Positions 12,301 through 18,869 of a stretch of DNA of 64,000 nucleotides are shown here, piece after piece. The stretch's first letter is position 1; each line of letters begins with the position of its first letter. Location of the stretch: positions 544,001 through 608,000 of the forward strand of contig CBDBOV010000003.1 of NCBI GenBank assembly GCA_965208575.1, read 5' to 3'. The translations under genes and the position numbers were made by a program. Origin of the DNA: Spirochaetia bacterium. Lineage in GTDB: Bacteria; Spirochaetota; Spirochaetia; SZUA-6; Bin103. Below the pieces are notes generated by a model, which saw only the letters and a program-made list of their open reading frames with translations, made no database searches and was not told the DNA's origin.

Positions 12301-14630
12301 TCCGACCACGTGAACGTCACGAAGAAATCGCTCGCCGAGTTGATCCGGGCCGGCACCCCGGTGATCGCCACCGTCGGCGCCGCCGCGTCCCAGGCCGCCG
12401 TCTCGGTCACCGCCGCCGCCGGCCCCGTGTTGACCCCGTCGGTGGCCACGTCATTCGCCACCGTCACGACCACGTTGGACCCGGAGGTGGGCGTCACCGT
12501 CAGCGTGTAGGTCTTGGCGTCCGTGGCGGCGAACGTTCCCTTCGTCCCGCCGGTCACCGTCACGTCGCCGGTCTCGAACCCCGTCACGTCCTCCGACCAC
12601 GTGAACGTCACGCTCAGCGCCGTCGTCGAGTTGATCGCCGAAGGCACCCCGGTGATCGCCACCCTCGGCGTTTCGCTGCCGAACAGCGTCAGCGGCAGGT
12701 CGTCCGCGGCGGCGTAGCTGATTCCACGGAAGCAGGGTGGCCGCCACCCCCAGCAGCCGCCACGGTTCGGCGACGGCAGCGTCCCGACGTTCACCTGCGC
12801 CGGCTGTCCGTCGGTCGACTGCGTCACCGTGAAGGTCGAACTCGCCAGCCCCCCGGCGCCCACCGACGCCGATGCTGGCGCGGTAGCGCCCGTCACGCTC
12901 AGCGGAACCTCCAGGCTCTCGGGCGCGCCCTCGCGAACCGTCACCTTCACCGTCGCCGGACTCCCCGCGTGCGGCGCCCCGTCGGTCCGCTCCAGACCCA
13001 CCGTCAGCGCAAACGGCGCACCCGGATTGCGGGTCAGGTCCAGCTCCCCCAGCGCGGTCAACCCGTTGAACAACCCCGGCGGCAAACTGGTCAGCCTGTT
13101 GTCCTGCAGGTCCAGCGTCGTCAGCGCGGTCAGGTCGTCGAACACGCCCGGCGGTAAACTGCTCAGACTGTTGTAGCCCAGCCACAGCGACCTCAGCGCG
13201 GTCAACCCGTTGAACAACCCCGGCGGCAAACTGGTCAGCCTGTTGTCCTGCAGGTCCAGCGACGTCAGCGCGGTCAGGTCGTCGAACACGCCCGGCGGTA
13301 AACTGCTCAGACTGTTGCCGCTCAGCCTCAGCGACGTCAGCGCGGTCAGGTCGTCGAACACGCCCGGCGGCAAACTGCTCATATTGTTGCCGCTCAGGCC
13401 CAGCGACGTCAGCGCGGTCAGGTCGTCGAACACGCCCGGCGGCAAACTGGTCAGACTACTGTTGTCATACAGGTCCAGCTCCGTCAGCGCGGTCAGGTCG
13501 TCGAACACGCCCGGCGGTAAACTGCTCATATCGTTGCGAAACAGCCAAAGCTTCCGCAGCGCGGTCAGGTCGTCGAACACGCCCGGCGGTAAACTGCTCA
13601 GACTGTTGCCGCCCAGCCCCAGCTCCGTCAGCGCGGTCAGGTCGTCGAACACGCCCGGCGGTAAACTGCTCATATCGTTGTTAAACAGCCGCAGCTTCCG
13701 CAGCGCGGTCAGGTCGTCGAACACGCCCGGCGGCAAACTGGTCAGCCTGTTGCCGCTCAGCCTCAGCGACGTCAGCGCGGTCAGGTCGTCGAACACGCCC
13801 GGCGGCAAACTGGTCAGCCTGTTGCCATACAGGTCCAGCGTCGTCAGCGCCGTCAGCCCGGCAAAGTCACCGGCCTGCAACGATGGAGACGATCCGGAGA
13901 AGAGCTTTTCGGCCAGATTCAGCGACGTGATGCCCGCCAGGTCCGCCGCGGTGACGGCGCCGCATTTCGCCTTCGAGACCGCCTTCGCAAGGGCGTCACG
14001 CACCTCCGGGGTGCGGCTGCAGATGCCCGGATCGTTGTCCGTCACCGTCACCATTGCCGTCGACGCGCTGCCGCGCGTGTAGCCGTCGCCCGCCCGCAAC
14101 GCAAAGGTGATCACGCTGTCGACCTCGTCCAGGGCATCGTCCAGCGTGGCCACCGCCAGCGTGAACGACGCGGAACCGGCCGCGATCGTCATGCTCGTCG
14201 GCCTCGTGCTGCCCGAAAACGTCGTCATCGCCCCCGTCTCGGTCGCCACCCCGACCACCGTCAGCGTGGCGGCCGTCGAACCCGTGCGCGTCACCGTGAA
14301 CTCGGCGTTCGCCCCCTCCGTCACCGGACTCGAGACCGCCGCAACGGTCACCACCGGTTTGGTTTGAGACCAGGCTGGCGCGTCCACGAACAGAATCAGC
14401 AAGGCTGGCAGCAGGATCCTGCCGCCAGCCTTGCTATTGCTACATCGCTGTTGGGCTGTCCCGTTTTTCAGCCTACCCTGGCCGGCGCGCGTCACTGCGT
14501 CGCTACCGTCCACGGCGACCTGCAGCGTGAACGGCACGCCCATCTCCGTCTCGGCGGCGAGGCGGGAGAAGCCGCCCCGGCCCGCACCCGACCTGTCGGC
14601 TGTAGGCCACATGCCGTGCTTCCGAAACAT
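48..14630 (-). CDS. Giant repetitive surface protein/adhesin (Calx-beta-like, 2 LRR modules, Ig-like repeats, SwmB-like, cadherin-like repeats); native C-terminus lost at ~334
   Basis: 4860-aa ORF with a signal-like segment ILLPALLILFVDAPAWSQ, LxxLPxxVFDxLxxLxxLxLxxN repeats, 97-aa TFTWSEDVT repeats and ~114-aa EDTTLTF..DWNG repeats; start codon uncertain. Confidence 0.9.
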   Translation of the reverse strand: MFRKHGMWPTADRSGAGRGGFSRLAAETEMGVPFTLQVAVDGSDAVTRAGQGRLKNGTAQQRCSNSKAGGRILLPALLILFVDAPAWSQTKPVVTVAAVSSPVTEGANAEFTVTRTGSTAATLTVVGVATETGAMTTFSGSTRPTSMTIAAGSASFTLAVATLDDALDEVDSVITFALRAGDGYTRGSASTAMVTVTDNDPGICSRTPEVRDALAKAVSKAKCGAVTAADLAGITSLNLAEKLFSGSSPSLQAGDFAGLTALTTLDLYGNRLTSLPPGVFDDLTALTSLRLSGNRLTSLPPGVFDDLTALRKLRLFNNDMSSLPPGVFDDLTALTELGLGGNSLSSLPPGVFDDLTALRKLWLFRNDMSSLPPGVFDDLTALTELDLYDNSSLTSLPPGVFDDLTALTSLGLSGNNMSSLPPGVFDDLTALTSLRLSGNSLSSLPPGVFDDLTALTSLDLQDNRLTSLPPGLFNGLTALRSLWLGYNSLSSLPPGVFDDLTALTTLDLQDNRLTSLPPGLFNGLTALGELDLTRNPGAPFALTVGLERTDGAPHAGSPATVKVTVREGAPESLEVPLSVTGATAPASASVGAGGLASSTFTVTQSTDGQPAQVNVGTLPSPNRGGCWGWRPPCFRGISYAAADDLPLTLFGSETPRVAITGVPSAINSTTALSVTFTWSEDVTGFETGDVTVTGGTKGTFAATDAKTYTLTVTPTSGSNVVVTVANDVATDGVNTGPAAAVTETAAWDAAAPTVAITGVPARINSASDFFVTFTWSEDVTGFETGDVTVTGGTKGTFAATDAKTYTLVVTPSGNADVVVTVVANAATDGVNTGPAAAVTETAAWDVAAPTMAITGVPSAVNSTTALSVTFTWSEDVTGFETHDVTVTGGAKGTFAATSAKEYTLVVTPSGNADVVVTVVANAATDGANTGPAAAVTETAAWDVAAPTMAITGVPAKINAKSDLTVTFTWSEDVTEFETGDVTVTGGTKGTFTATSAREYTLAVTPSGNADVVVTVANDAATDGVNTGPAAAVTETAAWDAAAPTVAITGVPAKIDSATALTVTFTWSEDVTEFETGDVTVTGGTKGTFKATSAREYTLAVTPSGSADVVVTVGANAATDGVNTGPAAAVTETAAWDAAAPKVGISGVPSKINATTALNVTFTWSEDVTGFETGDVTVTGGTKGTFAATDARTYTLLVTPTSGAGVVVTVANDAATDGVNTGPAAAVTETAAWDAAAPKVGISGVPSKINAKTALSVTFTWSEDVTEFETGDVTVTGGTKGTVTATSDREYSLAVTPTGSADVVVTVAANSVTDGLQTGPAATVEATAAWDAAAPKVAITGVPPRIDSATARTVTFTWSEDVTDFAAGDVTVTGGTKGTFTATSAREYTLAVTPSGNADVVVTVANDAATDGVNTGPAAAVTETAAWDAAAPAVAITGVPARINATSDLTVTFTWSEDVTGFETGDVTVTGGTKGTFAATDARTYTLLVTPTSGAGVVVTVAANSATDGLQTGPATAVTETAAWDAAAPTLSTAAVDGATLTLTYNEALDEASKPASSAFTVNVGGTEVSLAASGAVSITGSAVTLTLASAVAYGDMVTMSYMAPLANPVQDIAGNDAGYLTDRAVTNSTPFTGICGRTRQLQNSILRTVSKTDCQAVTLADLAGITLWLLPGLGIESLRTGDFAGLTGLTSLWLIGNDISSLPPGVFDDLPRLRTLDLSDNNLSSWPLGVFDDLTALRTLRLGGNSLSSLPPDAFDDLTRLNSLNLSDNNLSSLPPDVFDDLTWLSSLYLSDNNLSSLPPDVFDDLTWLSHLNLSDNNLSSLPPDVFDDLTWLTRLDLDGNNLSSLPPDVFDGLTRLHYLYLQNTGLSSLPPGVFNGLTVLGELDLTGNPGAPFALTVGLERTDGAPHAGSPATVKVTVREGAPESLEVPLSVTGATAPASASVGAGGLASSTFTVTQSTDGQPAQVNVGTLPSPSVAGCPRSESPCFRGISYAAADDLPLTLFDSETPTVGITGVPARINATSDLTVTFTWSEDVTGFETGDVTVTGGTKGTFAVTDARTYTLVVTPASGSSVVVTVANDAATDGVNTGPAAAVTATATWDATAPTVGISGVPSKINATTALDVTFTWSEDVTGFETGDVTVTGGTKGAFTATSAKKYTLVVTPSGNADVVVTVANVAATDGVNTGPAAAETETATWDATAPTVGISGVPSKINATTALDVTFTWSEDVTDFAAGDVTVTGGTKGTFTATSGKEYTLAVTPSGNADVVVTVANVAATDGVNTGPAAAETATATWDATAPTVGIGGVPSKINATTAFTVTFTFSEDVTGFETGDVTVTGGAKGTLEATSATEYTLIVTPTASADVVVTVANDAATDGANTGPASAVTATATWDATAPTVGISGVPSKINATTALDVTFTWSEDVTGFETGDVTVTGGTKGTFAATDARTYTLLVTPSGNADVVVTVANVAATDGVNTGPAAAETATATWDATAPTVGISGVPSKINARTALDVTFTWSEDVTDFAAGDVTVTGGTKGTFTATSGKEYTLAVTPSGNADVVVTVANVAATDGVNTGPAAAVTETATWDATAPTVGISGVPSKINATTALSVTFTWSEDVTDFAAGDVTVTGGTKGTFVATDAGTYTLLVTPMSGAGVVVTVANDAATDGVNTGPAAAVTETATWDAAAPTVAITGVPAKINATSDRTVTFTWSEDVTGFATGDVTVTGGTKGTFAATDARTYTLLVTPTSGAGVVVTVANDAATDGVNTGPAAAVTETAAWDAAAPTVAITGVPAKINATTALSVTFRWSEDVTDFAAGDVTVTGGTKGTFAATDARTYTLLVTPTSGAGVVVTVANDAATDGVNTGPAAAVTETATWDAAAPTVAITGVPARINSTSDRTVTFTWSEDVTDFAAGDVTVTGGTTGTFAATDARTYTLAVTPTSGASVVVTVAANSATDGVNTGPAATETATATWDAAAPTVAITRVPGKINSTAAFTATFTWSEDVRGFATGDVTVTGGTTGTFAATDARTYTLAVTPTSGASVVVTVANDAATDGVNTGPAATETAKATWDATAPTVAITGVPAKINSTTAFTATFTWSEDVREFAAGDVAVTGGTTGTFAATDARTYTLAVMPTSGSDVVVAVRANAASDGANAGPAEAETAKAAWATAPTASGISKTVDEDTTLTFAASDFTGAFSDADGHTLKSVKVVTLPDAEHGKLKVGTTDATTSQVVLAGSLGTLKFEPAADWNGKASFTYKVTDSDDDESADAATVSITVSAVDDKPTASDISKTVNEDTTLTFAAADFTGAFSDPDGHTLKSVKIVTLPTAAHGTLKAGDPLAAVSAGASITAANLGTLKFEPAADWNGKASFTYKVTDSDDEESADAATVSITVSAVDDAPTASDISKTVNEDTTLTFAASDFTGAFSDPDGHTLKSVKIVTLPDGGHGTLKAGNPLAAVSAGASVAAANLGTLTFEPAADWNGSASYTYKVTDSDDEESVATATVSITVSAVDDAPTASDISKTVNEDTTLTFAASDFTGAFSDPDGHTLKSVKIVTLPTAAHGTLKVGTADASAGQSVLAASLGTITFEPAADWNGKASFTYKVTDSDDEESVAAATVTITVSAVDDLPTASDISKSTAESTTLTFAANDFTGAFSDADGHALKSVKIVTLPAGTGGTLKVGTAAASANQTVVAASLGTITFVPVANWNGTASFTYKVTDSSDAESAAAATVTIAVGERPTGSDIGKSVAEDTTLTFAASDFTGAFSDPNGHTLKSVKIVTLPDATHGTLRAGDPLAAVIAGASVAAADLGTLVFEPVADWNGKASFTYKVTDSDDKESAAAGTVTITVSAVDDLPTASDIRKSTAEDTTLMFAASDFTGAFSDPDGHTLKSVKIVTLPTATHGTLKAGNPLTVVSAGDSITAANLGTLTFEPAADWNGSASYTYKVTDSDDEESVATATVSITVSAVDDAPTASDISKTVNEDTTLTFAASDFTGAFSDPDGHTLKSVKIVTLPTAAHGTLKVGTADASAGQSVLAASLGTITFEPAADWNGKASFTYKVTDSADEESVAAATVTITVSAVDDLPAASDISKSTAESTTLTFAANDFTGAFSDADGHALKSVKIVTLPAGTGGTLKVGTAAASANQTVVAASLGTITFVPVANWNGTASFTYKVTDSSDAESAAAATVTIAVGERPTGSDISKSTAEDTTLTFAASDFTGAFSDPNGHTLKSVKIVTLPAAAHGTLKAGNPLAAVSAGASVAAANLGTLTFEPAADWNGSASFTYKVTDSDDEESADAATVSITVSAVDDAPTASDISKTVNEDTTLTFAASDFTGAFSDADGHTLKSVKIVTLPTATHGTLKAGNPLTAVSAGDSITAANLGTLTFEPAADWNGSASYTYKVTDSDDEESVATATVSITVSAVDDAPTASDISKTVNEDTTLTFAASDFTGAFSDPDGHTLKSVKIVTLPTAAHGTLKVGTADASAGQSVLAASLGTITFEPAADWNGKASFTYKVTDSDDEESVAAATVTITVSAVDDLPAASDISKSTAESTTLTFAANDFTGAFSDADGHALKSVKIVTLPAGTGGTLKVGTAAASANQTVVAASLGTITFVPVANWNGTASFTYKVTDSSDAESAAAATVTIAVGERPTGSNIGKSVAEDTTLMFAASDFTGAFSDPNGHTLKSVKIVTLPDATHGTLRAGDPLAAVIAGASVAAADLGTLVFEPVADWNGKASFTYKVTDSDDKESAAAGTVTITVVGSHVILLFFRTVIWTPYYSAPGCRWPRARSPVGGAEGSSGDCLRKPRTAGCLRESSCSTRVSLTGEFWNTARSMSVKLCSTMAPQMSSRKYTK
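334..5120 (-). repeat. ~14 tandem cadherin-like domain repeats (~340 bp) with a 1371-bp higher-order period
   Basis: Near-identical blocks start at 814, 2185 and 3556 (spacing 1371 bp). Confidence 0.9.
5120..8605 (-). repeat. ~12 tandem 291-bp Ig-like domain repeats
   Basis: Unit APTVAITGVP..TFTWSEDVT..GGTKG..YTL.VTP..GPAAAVTETA.WD recurs every 291 bp. Confidence 0.9.
8960..9735 (-). repeat. LRR module 2 (72-bp repeats, Cys N-cap)
   Basis: GICGRT..C cap followed by ~9 24-aa LRRs. Confidence 0.9.
10050..12670 (-). repeat. ~9 tandem 291-bp Ig-like domain repeats
   Basis: Same unit as 5120-8605. Confidence 0.9.
13020..14032 (-). repeat. LRR module 1 (72-bp repeats, Cys N-cap)
   Basis: GICSRT..C cap followed by ~12 24-aa LRRs (LSSLPPGVFDDLTAL consensus). 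Confidence 0.9.
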
Positions 14631-14923
14631 TCACCGCATCCAAGCGAGGAGAGGCGTCCTGAACGGAGTCGGGAGCCCACTGGCGCCCGTGCTCATTCAG
14701 CGGACCTACGAGATTAGCGGGAAAGAGAGCGCCTAGTCGATATTTTTACGATGTACTATTCATTATAATTCGTACTCTTTTCATATCTTTCCAAGGAAAA
14801 GAACGCTACTCCGTCACTGTGGAGAGACAGCGAGTTGCGGCGCCACTCCGCTTGCAACTGGGGGAAGCACGAAGCGACGGCGACGACGCGGTAGCCCAGC
14901 TCCCGCGTACCGCATACTTTGTC

Positions 14924-15067
14924 GGCGCGCGTGAAGCGGATCGACTGCGCGGCCAGCCGGTCGATGTTGGGTGTCCGCATGGCGCCGTTGCCGTAGCAGC
15001 CGAGGGAGGCCGGACGCAAGGTGTCGGCGGCGATGACCACGATGGGCGGGCGCTGCGGTTCGGTCAT
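14924..15067 (-). pseudogene. Sulfatase N-terminal remnant
   Basis: MTEPQRPPIVVIAADTLRPASLGCYGNGAMRTPNIDRLAAQSIRFTRA matches the sulfatase N-terminus; similarity stops before the CxPxR motif. Confidence 0.7.
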
Positions 15068-15140
15068 GCGCCAGAGCATCTCCTTGCGTCGCGATCCGGC
15101 AACCCGGTTTCCTGATAGGATGGATTCGGACGGAGAGTAC

Positions 15141-18100
15141 ATGATGCAGTCGAGTCCCCACAATCGGAGCCCGCGCGCCGGAGTTGCCGAGCCTGTCGCG
15201 ATCGTCGGCATGGCGTGCCGGTTTCCGGGCGCCGACGGCCCGGCCGAATTCTGGCGCCGGCTCGCCGCCGGCGCGGACCTGATCAGCGAGGGCGAGCCTG
15301 GATCCGGGGTCGGGCGCGTGGGCCGGCTATTCCCGGACACCGCCGAGCGCCGGCCGGCGTGCCGGTTCGGCGCCTACCTCGATGACCTGGAGCTGTTCGA
15401 CGCCCCATTCTTTCGCATCTCGCCGGTCGAGGCACAGATGCTCGATCCGCAGCAGCGCCTGATGCTGGAGACGAGCTGGCGCGCGCTGGAAGACGCCGCG
15501 ATCGACCCGGAGCGCCTGGCCGGCAGCCGCACCGGGGTGTACGCCGGGATCAGCAACAACGAGTACCGCAGCCTGATCATGGAGGCCAGCGACACCTCCG
15601 AGCCGGCCGCGAGCCTGTACACGGTCACCGGCACCTCCTACAACACCGCGATCGGGCGGGTGGCATTCGCGCTGGGGCTGGAAGGACCGGCTATCGCGGT
15701 GGACACTGCCTGCTCATCGTCGCTGGTCGCGTTGCACCAGGCGGTGTCAGGCCTGCAGGGCGGCGAGTCTGACCTGGCGCTGGCCGGCGGCGTGCACACC
15801 ATCCTGTCGGGGCGGCTACTGGAGTTGCGCGCCAACGCCGGCATGCTGTCGCCGGACGGCCGCTGCAAGACGTTCGACGCGGCGGCCAACGGCTACGTTC
15901 GCGGCGAGGGCTGCGGCATCCTGGTGCTGAAGCGGCTGGCCGATGCCGAGGCCGACGGCGACCGCATCTGGGCGGTGGTGCGCGCCACCGCACTGAACCA
16001 GGATGGGGCAAGCCCGGGCCTGACGGTGCCGAGCGGACCGGCTCAGGAGCGGGTGATCGAGGCGGCGCTACGGCGCGCCGGCATCGCGCCGGCGGACGTG
16101 GACTACGTGGAGGCGCACGGCACCGGGACCGAGGTGGGCGACCCGATCGAGGCCAACGCCACCGGGGCGGTCTACGGCCGCGGCCGCGATCCCGACCGGC
16201 CGCTCCTGATCGGCTCGGTGAAGACCAACATCGGCCACCTGGAGTCGGCGGCGGGGGTCGCCGGGGTGATGAAGGTGGTGCTCGCAATGCAGCAGGGAGT
16301 GATCCCGCCGCACCTGCACTTCCGCAACCCGAGTCCGCAAATGGATTGGGAGCGGCTCCCGCTGCGCGTTACCGCGGAGGCCACGGCGTGGCCGGTGCAC
16401 GCCGGGCATCCACCGCTCGCCGGGGTGAGCGGCTTCGGGTGGTCGGGCACCAACGCGCACGTGGTGCTGGAAGGGGCGGCGGCCGCGAACGGCCGCGCCG
16501 CGGTGGAACAGGCCTACTGGGCGTGCGGGCCGGCTCGGCCCATCGCCGTGACGATGCCGGAGCCGGTCGCGGAGGTGCCTGGGGTCAGCGACCGGATCGC
16601 GGCGCGCGCGGCGCGCTTGTTGCCGCTGTCGGGCAAGTCGGAAGGAGCGCTGCGCGACTTGGCGCGCGGGTACCTGGGCTGGCTCGACGACCATGGCGAG
16701 GAGGTGGCCGCGCGCGGGAGCGCGGCCGATGCGCCGTTGTCCGACCTGGCGTGGACGGCGAGCGTGGGGCGCGGCCGCTTCGCCTGCCGTGCCGGTGTCG
16801 TGTTTCGAGATGCCGCCACACTGCGCGACGGGTTGCGCGCGCTCGCCGACCCGGAGGCGGGCGCGCCGCCGCGCACGCCGGTGGGCGCGCCGCCGAAGGT
16901 GGCGTTCGCGTTCACGGGGCAGGCGAGTCAGTGGCCCGGCATGGGCGAGACGCTGTACGCGAGCGAACCCGTGGTGCGCGCTGTCCTGGATCGGTGCGAC
17001 GCGCTGCTGCGCGCCGAGCGCGGCGCCTCGCTGCTCGACGTGATGTTCGGTCGCCCTGACGCGGCGGGCGGGCTGGACGAGCCGGCGTGGAAGCAACCGG
17101 CGATCTACGCACTGGAGTGTGCGCTCGCCGCCCTCTGGCGGAGCCTGGGCATCGTGCCGGAGGTGGTAGTCGGGCACAGTCTCGGTGAGATCGCGGCGGC
17201 GCAGACGGCGGGCGTATTCAGCCTGGAGGATGGGCTGCGTTTCGCCGCGGCGCGCGGCGCGCTGATCGGGGCCCTGCCGGAGGCGGGCGCCATGGCGGTG
17301 GTGTTTGCACCGGCAGACCGGGTTGCGGCGGCCGTGGCGGAGCACAACGCCTCGGCCGCCGGGATCGGGTTGTGCGTGGCCGTCGACAACGGCTCGAACC
17401 AGGTGGTGAGCGGGCCGGCGGCCGATGTCGCGGCGCTGCTGGAGCGGTTCGAGGCGCAGCAGGTGCGGGTACGGCTGCTGCGCAACAGCCCCGCCTACCA
17501 CAGCGCGCTGGTGGAGCCGGCTCTCGATGGCCTGGAGGCGGCGCTGCGGCAGTTCGCGTTCGCGGCGCCGTCGATTCCCCTGGTGAGCAACCTGAGCGGC
17601 CGCCTGCTGGAGCCCGGCAGCGTCCCCGGCGCCGCCTACTGGCGCCGCCACGCGCGCGAGAAGGTGCAGTTTCGCCAGGCCGTCGAGACGCTGGCCGAAC
17701 TGGGCACCGAGGCGTTGGTGGAGATCGGCCCGCACGCGGTGCTCGGGCCAATGGCCGCGCTGGCGTGGCCGCCGGTGGCAGGCGGCCCGCCGGCCGTGCT
17801 GGCCAGCCTGCGCCGGCCGTCCCGCGATACCCCGCCCGCGGAGGTGGAGGACGCGTTCACGGCGGCGGTCGCGGGCGCCTACGAGGCGGGGCTGCCGGTG
17901 CGGTTCGATGCGCTGTTCGCGGGTGAGGAGCGGCGCCGGATCTCGCTGCCGGGCTACCCGTTCCAGCGCCAGCGGCACTGGATCCCCACGGCGCGGCGGC
18001 GCCGTGCCGGCGCCGGCGACCCGTTGCTGGGCGAGCGCCACGAGTCGGCGCGCGGCGAGGTGGCGTTCGACACCGAACTGCTGGCCGGCGACCCGGCGTG

Positions 18101-18869
18101 GCTGAGCGACCACCGGGTATTCGGGCGGCTGCTGGTGCCGGGAGCGTGGTACGGAGCGATGGCGGCGTCCGCCGCGGTCGCCGAGGGCGGCGGCGCGGCG
18201 ACGGTGACGGAGATGCAGTTGCACAACCCGCTGCTGCTCCCGGAAGCGGACGCGGCGGACGGCTCGGAGGCGGTGTCCGGTCGCAGGGTGCAGGTGTTGC
18301 TCGACCCACCCGGAGACGGGGCGCCGCGCCGCGCGCAGATTCTCAGCAAAGGGGTGGACGAGGAAGGCTGGACGCTGCACGCGGAGGCGCAACTCCCCTC
18401 CGCGGCGGCTGCGCGCCCGCCTGACGGCGGGCGGCGCGTCGACCTGGACGCACTCAGGGCGAGCATGGCAGCGGTCGATGTCTCCTCCCTGTACCGCGCC
18501 AAGGCGGGTGCCGGTATCGACCTCGGGCCGGCGTTTCGCACGCTGGAGGCGGTGTGGTCGCGGCCGGGCGAAGCAGTGGCCGAGGTGGTGCTGCCTGCCG
18601 CATTTGCCGGCAGCGGTCTGGACGTGCATCCGCTGCTGCTGGACGGTTGCTTTCAGGTGATGGCCGCCGCGCGCAGCCAGGAGGGCGCGGCCGGCCGCGC
18701 CACCTATCTGCCGTTCGGCTTTCAGCGCCTGTGGCTCGCCGGCACGCTCCCGGAACGGCTGATCTGCCACCTACGCATGGCGGGGCAGGCGGGCGAGCCG
18801 AACCAAGCCGACGGCGAGCCGAACGGCTCATCGACGGAATTGCACCGGGGACGCCGCCGGAGGTCTTGA
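15141..18869 (+). CDS. supA: SupA-type type I PKS, 5' part (KS-AT-DH), frameshifted
   Basis: KS DTACSSS/EAHGTGT/NIGHLE; AT GHSLG and AYHS; DH HRVFGRLLVPG and LLDGCFQ; GGAGAG RBS before ATG 15141. Confidence 0.85.
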   Translation: MMQSSPHNRSPRAGVAEPVAIVGMACRFPGADGPAEFWRRLAAGADLISEGEPGSGVGRVGRLFPDTAERRPACRFGAYLDDLELFDAPFFRISPVEAQMLDPQQRLMLETSWRALEDAAIDPERLAGSRTGVYAGISNNEYRSLIMEASDTSEPAASLYTVTGTSYNTAIGRVAFALGLEGPAIAVDTACSSSLVALHQAVSGLQGGESDLALAGGVHTILSGRLLELRANAGMLSPDGRCKTFDAAANGYVRGEGCGILVLKRLADAEADGDRIWAVVRATALNQDGASPGLTVPSGPAQERVIEAALRRAGIAPADVDYVEAHGTGTEVGDPIEANATGAVYGRGRDPDRPLLIGSVKTNIGHLESAAGVAGVMKVVLAMQQGVIPPHLHFRNPSPQMDWERLPLRVTAEATAWPVHAGHPPLAGVSGFGWSGTNAHVVLEGAAAANGRAAVEQAYWACGPARPIAVTMPEPVAEVPGVSDRIAARAARLLPLSGKSEGALRDLARGYLGWLDDHGEEVAARGSAADAPLSDLAWTASVGRGRFACRAGVVFRDAATLRDGLRALADPEAGAPPRTPVGAPPKVAFAFTGQASQWPGMGETLYASEPVVRAVLDRCDALLRAERGASLLDVMFGRPDAAGGLDEPAWKQPAIYALECALAALWRSLGIVPEVVVGHSLGEIAAAQTAGVFSLEDGLRFAAARGALIGALPEAGAMAVVFAPADRVAAAVAEHNASAAGIGLCVAVDNGSNQVVSGPAADVAALLERFEAQQVRVRLLRNSPAYHSALVEPALDGLEAALRQFAFAAPSIPLVSNLSGRLLEPGSVPGAAYWRRHAREKVQFRQAVETLAELGTEALVEIGPHAVLGPMAALAWPPVAGGPPAVLASLRRPSRDTPPAEVEDAFTAAVAGAYEAGLPVRFDALFAGEERRRISLPGYPFQRQRHWIPTARRRRAGAGDPLLGERHESARGEVAFDTELLAGDPAWLSDHRVFGRLLVPGAWYGAMAASAAVAEGGGAATVTEMQLHNPLLLPEADAADGSEAVSGRRVQVLLDPPGDGAPRRAQILSKGVDEEGWTLHAEAQLPSAAAARPPDGGRRVDLDALRASMAAVDVSSLYRAKAGAGIDLGPAFRTLEAVWSRPGEAVAEVVLPAAFAGSGLDVHPLLLDGCFQVMAAARSQEGAAGRATYLPFGFQRLWLAGTLPERLICHLRMAGQAGEPNQADGEPNGSSTELHRGRRRRS

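Noticed and set aside
321-13157. Very long plus-strand Arg-rich ORFs (321-8678, 9705-13157) and many short repeated ORFs
   Set aside because: Antisense shadows of the GC-rich repetitive adhesin; no domain-like content
8960-14030. 72-bp repeats with variable inserts as a CRISPR array
   Set aside because: They are in-frame coding LRR units, and no cas genes are present
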